64,000 nt of DNA from Bacteroidales bacterium (GTDB lineage: Bacteria; Bacteroidota; Bacteroidia; Bacteroidales; UBA10428): the NCBI GenBank assembly GCA_016934395.1, contig JAFGSZ010000030.1, positions 4,089-68,088 on the forward strand. The letters are read 5' to 3'. The notes below the pieces were generated by a model, which did no database searches, was not told the origin of the DNA, and saw only the letters and a list, made by a program, of their open reading frames with translations. A program made the translations under genes and the position numbers. Of this stretch, positions 48,088 through 56,293 are shown one piece after another. How positions within the stretch are numbered: the stretch's first letter is position 1; each line of letters begins with the position of its first letter.

Positions 48088-48972
48088 TTAAATATAATGC
48101 GGTAATGTAAACTTAATTTCGCATCCTTTGCCTGGTGCGCTTTCTACAAGTATATTTCCATTATGTATATCAACAAATTCCTTACAGAGCAACAATCCTA
48201 ATCCCGTACCTTTTTCATTATTGGTGCCTGCAGTTGAACGTAACTTTTGTATATTAAAAAGTTCTTTTTGGTCTTGAGATGAAATTCCAATGCCGTTGTC
48301 TTTTACTGCTATCTCAACAAATGGTTTGATTTCTATTGCACTTACAATAATTTTACCGCCAGTATTTGTAAATTTTATAGCGTTGCTGATCAAATTGCGA
48401 AGTATCGTTTTTACCATCTGAAGGTCGGCGGTTACATTTAAACCGGGCGCAACGGAATGTTCCAGTGTTATTTGTTTTTGTATGGCTGAAGTATTGTGGT
48501 TCATAAATTCGGCTTCCAACAATTCATATAAATTAATCTTAACCGGATTAAAGTTTCGCTCTTTATTTTGTGAAATAGTCCAATCTAAAAGGTCATCAAG
48601 AAGTTTTAATGTTCTCTTTGCAGAATCTGCAGCGAGGTTAATATAATTTTCGATTGTATCTATACTTTTATCATGCAGGTTCTCCTTTACTATATCCATA
48701 AGGTTTAATATAGAAATAAAAGGGCTTCTTAAATCATGTGCTATGATAGAAATAAATTTTGTATTTGTTGCAATAACATCAATTAATTCCTTTGATTGTT
48801 TTTCAACAAGATTTTCCAAATAGAAATTGAATTTATTTATTTCCTGCAAATTCAATTTTTTAATATTTCCCGTTGCACTGCCGGTATCTGAAATAACATT
48901 TGATTTATCAGGTGATTTTGAATTTCTGTGTTTACTTTTAGCAGTATTTTTAACGGATTTTAATTTTGTCAT
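48088..48972 (-). CDS. Soluble histidine kinase (HisKA + HATPase_c, no sensor domain)
   Basis: IIAHDLRSPF H-box, N-box LISNAIKFT, G-boxes DNGIGIS and GTGLGLLLCKEFV. The start overlaps the AraC stop in an ATGA. Confidence 0.9.
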   Translation of the reverse strand: MTKLKSVKNTAKSKHRNSKSPDKSNVISDTGSATGNIKKLNLQEINKFNFYLENLVEKQSKELIDVIATNTKFISIIAHDLRSPFISILNLMDIVKENLHDKSIDTIENYINLAADSAKRTLKLLDDLLDWTISQNKERNFNPVKINLYELLEAEFMNHNTSAIQKQITLEHSVAPGLNVTADLQMVKTILRNLISNAIKFTNTGGKIIVSAIEIKPFVEIAVKDNGIGISSQDQKELFNIQKLRSTAGTNNEKGTGLGLLLCKEFVDIHNGNILVESAPGKGCEIKFTLPHYI

Positions 48973-49559
48973 AACGGATGTTTATTTGTTGGTAACGTTT
49001 TTATGGTTTCCGGAATGCTGACCCTGGTGTGCCGAAGTTGCCTGAAATGCAAAGGCGTTAGCCCCGTTAGGCTTTTAAACTGGCTGGATAATTGTGCAGC
49101 ACTGCTGTAATGCATTTTAAGTGCAATTTTTTCAATATCAAGATCTTCGTACACGAGTAATTCTTTTACCCGCTCAATTTTATATTTTATAATGTATTTT
49201 TCAATGGTAATGCCTTCTATTTCTGCAAACAACGTGTTCAGGGTAATAAAGTTATCATTTACTTTCAAGCTAATGTAATCCGCATAGCTTGTTTTTAAAT
49301 CTTCATCTGAATAATTTTCCAAATCAACAACCGCCCTTTTTAATTTCTCTATAAGATCATTTTTTTTCTCTTCTATCAGTTCAAAACCAGATTGCTGCAA
49401 TGCATTATATAACTGGGTGCGTTGTACGGGGGTTATTTTATTATTTGTAATTACTTCCCCTAACTCCACGGTAATATATTGAATACCTAGTTTGTTCAGT
49501 TCGGTCCTTACGATTGTTTTGCAACGATTGCAAACCATATTTTTAATATAGAGTTTCAT
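48969..49559 (-). CDS. HMA-like (MxCxxC) domain fused to an AraC-family HTH regulator (paralog 2)
   Basis: MKLYIKNMVCNRCKTIV..., with a C-terminal AraC HTH (MHYSSAAQLSSQFKSLTGLTPLHF). Same architecture as 26152-26712. Confidence 0.85.
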   Translation of the reverse strand: MKLYIKNMVCNRCKTIVRTELNKLGIQYITVELGEVITNNKITPVQRTQLYNALQQSGFELIEEKKNDLIEKLKRAVVDLENYSDEDLKTSYADYISLKVNDNFITLNTLFAEIEGITIEKYIIKYKIERVKELLVYEDLDIEKIALKMHYSSAAQLSSQFKSLTGLTPLHFRQLRHTRVSIPETIKTLPTNKHPL

Positions 49560-49899
49560 GTTTTTTGATTTATTAGATCATACTGATGAAGGATATTAGT
49601 TTAACTCAGTTCTAGTAACAAGTCCTTCCAAAGTTTTTTTCAAGTTATAGCTGAAGCCTTTCAGGTATTTTTTCCTTTAGATATAGTTACACCATGTAAT
49701 TTTTCCGGATAGATGGTATATTGCGGCTTAAACCCTAAATTAAATTACATTTCGTATTTTGCACAAAACAGGGTCATGTTTATTGAGGCAATGTTTTTAC
49801 TATTTTAATGTTAACTATTCTTAAACAAACCTGAAATTAAAATTAACTATCGATAAAAAGTATTTTGAATAACATTTATATTATTGAATCACTTTTAAG

Positions 49900-49967
49900 T
49901 AAAGTTAGGTTATTATCCTGGCAAAAACGTTACATAATTCTTTAACAGTCTTACATAATTCACACAT
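49900..49967 (-). promoter_or_regulatory. Composite stress-island promoter copy P8
   Basis: Gene-oriented: ATGTGTGAATTATGTAAGACTGTTAAAGAATTATGTAAC, 21-nt spacer, TAACTTTA. The next start codon (HMA-AraC paralog 2) is 340 nt downstream. Confidence 0.75.
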
Positions 49968-50075
49968 TACTAATTGATTTTGTGTCTTTTATATTTTAAT
50001 TCCTTAAATTTTAATATAAAATTAGGGTTGGTATATATGGGCCGGCCTTATAAAAGTAGCGCCTGGGGATATAAC

Positions 50076-50624
50076 TTATTTACAATCTTGATGGGATAGG
50101 GCCTTAATACCCCGGTTTGGCTTAGCTTCTCTGTTCAACTGGTCAATCAATTTCCTTCTTGCAAGGTAAATTCTGCTCTTTACAGTTCCAAGATTTATAT
50201 CAAGTATTTCAGCAATCTCTTTATACTTAAAACCCTCGTGGTGCATTTTGAAAGGGTGTTTTAAATTGTCATCCAGTGTTTCAATTGTTTTTTCAAGTTC
50301 TTTTGAAATAAATATAGATGAAGGATCATCAGCTCCCGTTGCATGTGGAGGATTTTGGCAATATCCTTCCTTCTTCTGATTATTATAAGCATTTTGAAGT
50401 ATTGTGCTGCGATAATGGTTAATAAATGTATTTTTCATAATGGTTAGTGTCCATGCTTTAAAATTAGACTCGTATACGAACTTATTGCAATTTTTCAAAG
50501 CTTTCAGTAAGGTCTCCTGAACCAGGTCTTTTGCATCATCCTTATCAGCAGTAAGATGGTAAGCAAATCTCATCAGACTATCCTGGAGGTTTATGAGTTC
50601 ATTGCTAAATTCTGAAGCTGTCAT
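50076..50624 (-). CDS. ECF-type sigma-70 family RNA polymerase sigma factor
   Basis: Region 2 (DAKDLVQETLLKALKN...FKAWTLTIMKNTFINHYR) and region 4 (GFKYKEIAEILDINLGTVKSRIYLARRKL). No co-transcribed anti-sigma candidate. Confidence 0.85.
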   Translation of the reverse strand: MTASEFSNELINLQDSLMRFAYHLTADKDDAKDLVQETLLKALKNCNKFVYESNFKAWTLTIMKNTFINHYRSTILQNAYNNQKKEGYCQNPPHATGADDPSSIFISKELEKTIETLDDNLKHPFKMHHEGFKYKEIAEILDINLGTVKSRIYLARRKLIDQLNREAKPNRGIKALSHQDCK

Positions 50625-50667
50625 ATTAATTTAGTTTATTGGGGTTATCCCATTAATTAACTGAATA

Positions 50668-50735
50668 TAAAATTGCAGGATTTACTGGTAATAAATATTA
50701 CATAACATTAGAAAAAAGTTACATCATTCACACAT
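50668..50735 (-). promoter_or_regulatory. Composite stress-island promoter copy P9
   Basis: Gene-oriented: ATGTGTGAATGATGTAACTTTTTTCTAATGTTATGTAAT, 21-nt spacer, CAATTTTA. The sigma-factor ATG lies 43 nt after the box. Confidence 0.8.
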
Positions 50736-50830
50736 TTACAGATGATTCCGTCAATTTTGTCATAAAACACTACGGATTTTTTAAAATGCCGATTGTATAA
50801 CAACGATCAATAATTAATTTGCAATTATCT

Positions 50831-52384
50831 TTAAATCAAATAATCTGCTATTAATTCTACCAGGGTGTTCTGTTGAACAGGTTTTGAAATATACACATCA
50901 AATCCTGACTGCAGGCCTTGCACTTTTTGAGGGTCGGGGGCAAAGGCTGATTGAGCAATAACCGGTAATTTAGACCGAATGTGTTTTATACGCTGTGTGG
51001 CTTCATAACCATCCATAACCGGCATTCTGATATCCATTAATACCAACGAGATATCAGGATGTTTTTTTACATGCTCCACAGCTTCTCGTCCGTTCAGGGC
51101 ATGAACTATCTTAATTTTTGTTGAAGAGAGCAATTTTTCAATATAATCAAAATTAATTATCTCATCCTCCGCGATAAGAATGGTTTTTTTATCCCAGTTA
51201 AATTTTCGACCAGGTGTTTTCTTTAACGAAATGCCGGGATTTTTAATTTTATTTATATAAGGAATAGTAAAGGTGAAGGTTGAACCTCTTCCGGGCTCTG
51301 AGTCAACAGTTATGGTACCGCCCAGTTTTTCAACCAGGGCTTTTGAAATTGATAATCCCAGTCCGGTTCCACCATATTCCCGGGTATCTGCTGTTTCTGC
51401 CTGTTTGAAAGGTTGAAAAATAAGCGCATGGTTTTCCGGGGCGATGCCGATGCCGGTATCTTTAACATAGAACTCCAGAAAATTCCTTCTTGTTTTATAT
51501 CCGAATTCAATTTTGCCTTTTCTGGTGAATTTTATGGCATTATTCAATAAGTTGCAAAGTATCTGTTTAATCCTGTATTCATCTGTTTTAATCTGAAAAG
51601 TCTCATTGTCAGCATAATAAGAATAATATAACTGGATTTTATTAGCTTCAACTATTTTTTTATAGGTTTCAAATAATTGTTTTAATAAGTTATTGATATT
51701 AACCAATTCAGAATTTATATTTAATTGGCCTGTTTCGATTTTCGAAATATCTAAAATGTCAGTTATAACAGATAATAACTGCTGGCTATTGGTATTAATT
51801 ATCTGAACATAATCGGCAAGTTTTTCTTTAGTTAATCCGGGTTGCAGGAGTAGCTTCGAAAATCCGGTAATTGCATTCATCGGGGTCCTTATTTCATGAT
51901 TTATATTGGCTAAAAAAGCGGTTTTCAGTTTATCAGATTCTTTTGCTTTAACATTTGCCAACATCAAATCTTCATTCATTTTTTGAATAAGTTTTGAACT
52001 TTCTGCCAGTTTCCTTTTCAATTCGTTAATGTCCGGGTCAGATTTTTCTTTATTTCTGAATAAACTAATCTCCCAAAGTTTTTTGCCGATAATTTTTTCC
52101 AGGGGATATTTCAGGATTTTAATTAAAGACGGGTTAGCATCAACAATTTTTTCGGTTATGGGATCAATAATTAAAATACCTTCTTTTGCGGTATTAAGAA
52201 GTTTCCGTTGCTGCAACCCTGAAAATGTAATAGACTTTATCACTTTTTTTTCTTCCTTTTCCTCTATTCGATTTCTAGAATAAGGGATTTCAAAGGGTTG
52301 TCCTGATAGTCTTTTCTTGACCATGGCATTACAAATTTTTATAACCTTGTTATGATAACTAATGCCTTTTGAGTATGTTCCCAA
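50831..52384 (-). CDS. Hybrid sensor histidine kinase (PAS - HisKA - HATPase_c - REC)
   Basis: PAS (EGILIIDPITEKIVDANP), H-box NINHEIRTPMNAI, GGTGLGLSISKALVE, C-terminal REC (ILIAEDEIIN...LMDIRMPVMDG). Confidence 0.9.
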   Translation of the reverse strand: MGTYSKGISYHNKVIKICNAMVKKRLSGQPFEIPYSRNRIEEKEEKKVIKSITFSGLQQRKLLNTAKEGILIIDPITEKIVDANPSLIKILKYPLEKIIGKKLWEISLFRNKEKSDPDINELKRKLAESSKLIQKMNEDLMLANVKAKESDKLKTAFLANINHEIRTPMNAITGFSKLLLQPGLTKEKLADYVQIINTNSQQLLSVITDILDISKIETGQLNINSELVNINNLLKQLFETYKKIVEANKIQLYYSYYADNETFQIKTDEYRIKQILCNLLNNAIKFTRKGKIEFGYKTRRNFLEFYVKDTGIGIAPENHALIFQPFKQAETADTREYGGTGLGLSISKALVEKLGGTITVDSEPGRGSTFTFTIPYINKIKNPGISLKKTPGRKFNWDKKTILIAEDEIINFDYIEKLLSSTKIKIVHALNGREAVEHVKKHPDISLVLMDIRMPVMDGYEATQRIKHIRSKLPVIAQSAFAPDPQKVQGLQSGFDVYISKPVQQNTLVELIADYLI

Positions 52385-52581
52385 ATAACCTTGCTAAGAT
52401 TCCAACTCGTTTAAAAAAAATCTTATGCTTAAATATTTTTTTGTTTCTACTTCTTTGTAATTGCAATAAAGTGAGTAATTTAACCGATAAGTATCGCAAA
52501 TTTCTGTTTGGTTTTTTTCAATATATTATCACATTAGTATACATGATGTTTCTTTAATGAAAAGAGTGATTTTCGGTAAAA

Positions 52582-52649
52582 TAAATGTAAATTATTTATC
52601 AATAAAATGGGTTACATAATTCTTTAAAAGATTTACATTATTCACACAT
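52582..52649 (-). promoter_or_regulatory. Composite stress-island promoter copy P10
   Basis: Gene-oriented: ATGTGTGAATAATGTAAATCTTTTAAAGAATTATGTAAC, 21-nt spacer, TACATTTA. The hybrid HK ATG is 197 nt downstream. Confidence 0.75.
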
Positions 52650-52728
52650 TTGTATTACACTACCTATAATTTACTGCGTTTGTGGAGCTGTTATCTTTGA
52701 CTGGGTATTAAGATTAGGAGTGAGAAAA

Positions 52729-53829
52729 TTAATGATCTTGTTTTGTTAATCGGTATTTAAATTTTGTACTTTGAGGCATGGTATCACCCAATAAAAAGCC
52801 CCACGGTTTTAAAGCTTCGATATGGTCGAATATAAGTTTAACAATTGCAGTAAGCGGTATAGATAAGAACATACCCGGAATGCCCCACAAAGAGCCAAAT
52901 GCAATTACTACAATGATTGTAATAAGGGCGTTGATTTTTACTTTTGAGGCCACTAATTTTGGAACAATATAGTTATTGTCAATGAATTGGATGAATACAT
53001 ACATTGCAAGGATTAACAAAACAAACCAGGGGGATGTTTTCGAAACTAAAGCGATCATCATTGGCAATGATGCGGCAATTATAGCTCCAATATAAGGAAT
53101 AAGGTTGAGCAGGGCACCTATTATACCAAGAATTACAGCGTATTCTATTCCCAATATCAAAAGGCCAACAGAATACAGTGTGGCAATTATTGATGTTTCT
53201 AATAACAATCCGAGCAGATAGCGTTGTATTAACGATTTTATCTGGGCAATTATTTCACTCACTTCATTACGATTATTTTTACCAAATAACCTGCGGAAAA
53301 ATTCAATCAATATAGGTTGGTAAAATAGTATCATAAAAATATACACAGGAATTAAAAATAATAATACCACTCCGCTGCCAACAGAAACAAGTGTTTGGCC
53401 GATCTCGGCGGTCCTTGTGCTAATGAATCCTTCTTTTGTTTTAATAAGCCATGCATCGATCTTTAACGGGCTTATCTCAAAATAACCAGAAACCCAGTCC
53501 GCAGCCTGATTTAAGATTTCAGTAAATCTATCAATCAACACTGGCCAAGACTCGCTAAATCGGATTGCCCGCGAAAACATTAAAGTACCCAAGGTGCCAA
53601 AAATTAATATAGCAAGGGCCAGCGTAATTATAATTGCCACAACCCTGTTTATTTTTAAGCGGACTAAAAAATTCACAACCGGATGTAGAACGATGGCTAT
53701 GATAATCGCGAATATTATTGGAACTACTATACCCTGGGCGATATACAACATTGTAAGAAGTGCGAATAAACCAATTAAAAAAATGGTTGCCTTTGCGTAA
53801 AATGGTAATCTTATTTCCTTTGTTATCAC
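52729..53829 (-). CDS. AI-2E (PerM/YhhT) family transporter
   Basis: About eight TM helices. The C-terminal FGSLWGIPGMFLSIPLTAIVK motif is typical of the family. Confidence 0.85.
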   Translation of the reverse strand: MITKEIRLPFYAKATIFLIGLFALLTMLYIAQGIVVPIIFAIIIAIVLHPVVNFLVRLKINRVVAIIITLALAILIFGTLGTLMFSRAIRFSESWPVLIDRFTEILNQAADWVSGYFEISPLKIDAWLIKTKEGFISTRTAEIGQTLVSVGSGVVLLFLIPVYIFMILFYQPILIEFFRRLFGKNNRNEVSEIIAQIKSLIQRYLLGLLLETSIIATLYSVGLLILGIEYAVILGIIGALLNLIPYIGAIIAASLPMMIALVSKTSPWFVLLILAMYVFIQFIDNNYIVPKLVASKVKINALITIIVVIAFGSLWGIPGMFLSIPLTAIVKLIFDHIEALKPWGFLLGDTMPQSTKFKYRLTKQDH

Positions 53830-54224
53830 GAATTCTTAGAATTTGTTTCCTTCGTATTTACAATTTGCTGCAAAATATACCAGCCAATCCTTTTAATTCT
53901 TTCCGGGTTTTGAGCAATAAGGTTTATGATACTAATTTGTACAATATTGCCGAATAACCGCCTGAAGATATTCCCTGAAGATCCTACAATAAACTTTTTA
54001 GAAAGGTATCCGGATACGAAACCAATGGCAGAGCTTAAAATGTTATCGGTCAAATAAGGGGCAGAAGATATATCTTCTAAGGTACTCTTTAGAAGGTTAA
54101 CAGGTTTTAAACTTTCATAGGTTTGGTGGAATTGTTCCTTTAATAGCTGTTTCTTTAAAGTTTGTTCAATTTCTAATAAACGAATTGTATCTTTAAGTCC
54201 GGCCGCTGAGCGTATGTTTTGCAT
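53826..54224 (-). CDS. Hypothetical protein (132 aa)
   Basis: Track ORF. 4-nt overlap with the transporter gene and a 6-nt gap to the upstream gene; operonic. Confidence 0.5.
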   Translation of the reverse strand: MQNIRSAAGLKDTIRLLEIEQTLKKQLLKEQFHQTYESLKPVNLLKSTLEDISSAPYLTDNILSSAIGFVSGYLSKKFIVGSSGNIFRRLFGNIVQISIINLIAQNPERIKRIGWYILQQIVNTKETNSKNS

Positions 54225-54230
54225 GGGGTT

Positions 54231-54572
54231 TTATTTATATACTTTTTTAATGATATAATTTTCAACGATCCGTTTAAGCCAATTACGCAGAAAAAAATAC
54301 GAGATGATTCCTAAAATACCATAAAAAGCAGCTACAACAAAAAAGCCATAACAGGTCTCACCAAGGATTTCACCTAGCCAAAGGGCTATTCCTAAATTAA
54401 AAAAGAGTAAAAATGATGCAAACAGGATATATACCACGGCGCGAGGTATGAATGAGGAAACAAGGTCCGATGTTTTACCCAGGGTCCTGAGCTTCATTAA
54501 CTCATAGCTTGTTTTAGAGTAATCAACAGCCCTTTCCAGTAATAATTCAATCATATTTGTTTTGTCATCCAT
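54231..54572 (-). CDS. Two-TM membrane protein (Holin-X/phage-holin-family-like)
   Basis: An amphipathic N-terminus followed by two TM helices. This type often follows YtxH genes in Bacteroidota; family call from memory. Confidence 0.5.
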   Translation of the reverse strand: MDDKTNMIELLLERAVDYSKTSYELMKLRTLGKTSDLVSSFIPRAVVYILFASFLLFFNLGIALWLGEILGETCYGFFVVAAFYGILGIISYFFLRNWLKRIVENYIIKKVYK

Positions 54573-54592
54573 AACTTAAGTTTTGATAACAG

Positions 54593-55024
54593 TTATAAAT
54601 TCCAGGGCATATAGGCTTCTGCCGGTTCTAAAGCATCTTTTGCAATGGTTAAAATGAACACAGTTTTTTCCCTGGTTGTTAGGTTGTACTTTATATTATC
54701 ATAAAATGTCAGCAATTGACCTTTTTCAAGGATTATGGCTTCTTTACGTGTTCGAAAATTTAATTTTCCCTCAATTATTTGAAAGGTAACTGAATCATTT
54801 GACTGAAATGATGTAATTTCTGTTCCTTCATGCAATGTCGTTAACACAATCTGTTTATCGGGCCTTTTTAAAAGAATCATAGCATCAAGTTCCCCTTTTA
54901 ACCAGGCAGGTTTAAGTTTCATCATCTCAATAATGGCTGGCAGGTCGAAAGAGAGTGAAGCAGCATTATGTAATATTTTATCTTTCTTAAAGGAAGGTTT
55001 GGATTTTAGTATTTCTGTTTCCAT
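54593..55024 (-). CDS. Cupin-like protein (143 aa)
   Basis: VLTTLHEGTEITSFQSNDSVTFQIIEGKLNFRTRKEAIILEKGQLLTF is a cupin beta-barrel pattern. Confidence 0.55.
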   Translation of the reverse strand: METEILKSKPSFKKDKILHNAASLSFDLPAIIEMMKLKPAWLKGELDAMILLKRPDKQIVLTTLHEGTEITSFQSNDSVTFQIIEGKLNFRTRKEAIILEKGQLLTFYDNIKYNLTTREKTVFILTIAKDALEPAEAYMPWNL

Positions 55025-55073
55025 GTTACTAAGGTTATTTTATTTGACCTGTAGAAACTTTCTTATATATTTG

Positions 55074-55352
55074 TTAACCCTTCGCAGTATTTACATCTTT
55101 CTCAGGTTCTTTTGATTTACCCTTGTTTGCCTCCTTAGCTTCTTTTGTATCTTCTTTAGCCTGTTCAAATTTCCCGGTAATGTTGTCAAGAAATTCATTG
55201 AATTTTTCTTTTATTGTATCTGTGTAGTCTTCTCCCTTTTTAGATATTTTTTTCCGCGTAACCGAACCTTTTTCAGGGGCAAATAAAATCCCTAATAATG
55301 CTCCGGCTGCTGCGCCGGCCAGTAATCCTAATAATACTTTTCCCGAGCTCAT
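55074..55352 (-). CDS. YtxH-domain stress protein
   Basis: MSSGKVLLGLLAGAAAGALLGILFAPEKGSVTRKK is the canonical YtxH N-terminus, followed by a charged helix. Confidence 0.8.
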   Translation of the reverse strand: MSSGKVLLGLLAGAAAGALLGILFAPEKGSVTRKKISKKGEDYTDTIKEKFNEFLDNITGKFEQAKEDTKEAKEANKGKSKEPEKDVNTAKG

Positions 55353-55739
55353 AGTAGTGTTTTATTAATTAGTAAAATAAAAATTAATTATTATGTTCTG
55401 AATCTTATAGAACTTCATTTCCCTGAATAACCCTAACCTGATTGGTTATTTTTGTAACTCATTGCAGTTGGGAAATAGCTTCCATATGTTTGCCTAATCG
55501 TTCAGGTTTCAAGAAAATTTTATGTTTACTTATTGCGGTTTTTTCCACAGGGAAAAGAAACCAAAAAAACTAAGTTTATGAACCCCGAAGGATTAAACAG
55601 AGCTATAATTATCAGGCTAAAAAATTCTGCATGAATTGGGCTACAGGGCAGAATATTGGAATATATATCCCATAAATTTTACTCCGCGTAAGCTTTTAAT
55701 AATAAAGTTTACCCCAGTGTATTATAAAAATATTAAGGA

Positions 55740-56069
55740 TTATAGTAAAATGATTATCAGGATAATAATAAGAATTAGTGTGCCGGTGCCAATATAAATA
55801 TATCCGCTATCTTTGCGCACATTTTCTTTAATCATCCTTAGTTCTTTTCTCAGCTCGCGCTTTTCTTTTAACGTCAGGTTTGTTTTATCCATGTCGCGTA
55901 TTTCTTCAACACGTCTGGTTAAGTGACTTATCTCTTCTTCAGATAATTTATTTTCCGTTTTTACGGGAACAGCAGGCTTATCCGATACCGGATCAGACTT
56001 AGTGGCAAATGCTGTTGATGCACTCAACATGAAGAACATTAAACCTACAAAAATCATAATTTTTTTCAT
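55740..56069 (-). CDS. Secreted/anchored charged protein (109 aa)
   Basis: Signal peptide, a KE-rich helix and a C-terminal TM (LILIIILIIILL). First gene after promoter P11. Confidence 0.55.
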   Translation of the reverse strand: MKKIMIFVGLMFFMLSASTAFATKSDPVSDKPAVPVKTENKLSEEEISHLTRRVEEIRDMDKTNLTLKEKRELRKELRMIKENVRKDSGYIYIGTGTLILIIILIIILL

Positions 56070-56104
56070 TTTCAGATGTATTAATTTAATATTATTTTAT
56101 GAAC

Positions 56105-56172
56105 TAAAGGTAACTGATAAAGCATCTGAACTTGTTACATAATTAAGTAAATAATTTATATGATTCACACAT
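56105..56172 (-). promoter_or_regulatory. Composite stress-island promoter copy P11
   Basis: Gene-oriented: ATGTGTGAATCATATAAATTATTTACTTAATTATGTAAC, 21-nt spacer, TACCTTTA. The ATG lies 35 nt after the box. Confidence 0.8.
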
Positions 56173-56293
56173 TCGGTTTTTTTGGTACTTATTCCGGCTT
56201 AAGGTACACGCTTTTGCCGGGAAGACTTTTTCTGTTTAACTATAGTTGAAACAGGAGGGATGTTTAAACTGGCTTATGTTCACTAGCAAGTGT

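Noticed and set aside
55405-55458. 17-codon remnant (VTKITNQVRVIQGNEVL*) resembling the C-terminus of the lmo0937-family gene at 59456-59611 (...IIRVIQGRKVF*), including a shared TTCCCTGAATAAC string
   Set aside because: An in-frame stop lies immediately upstream, and I could recover no N-terminal part in any frame. It is too short to call a pseudogene with confidence.
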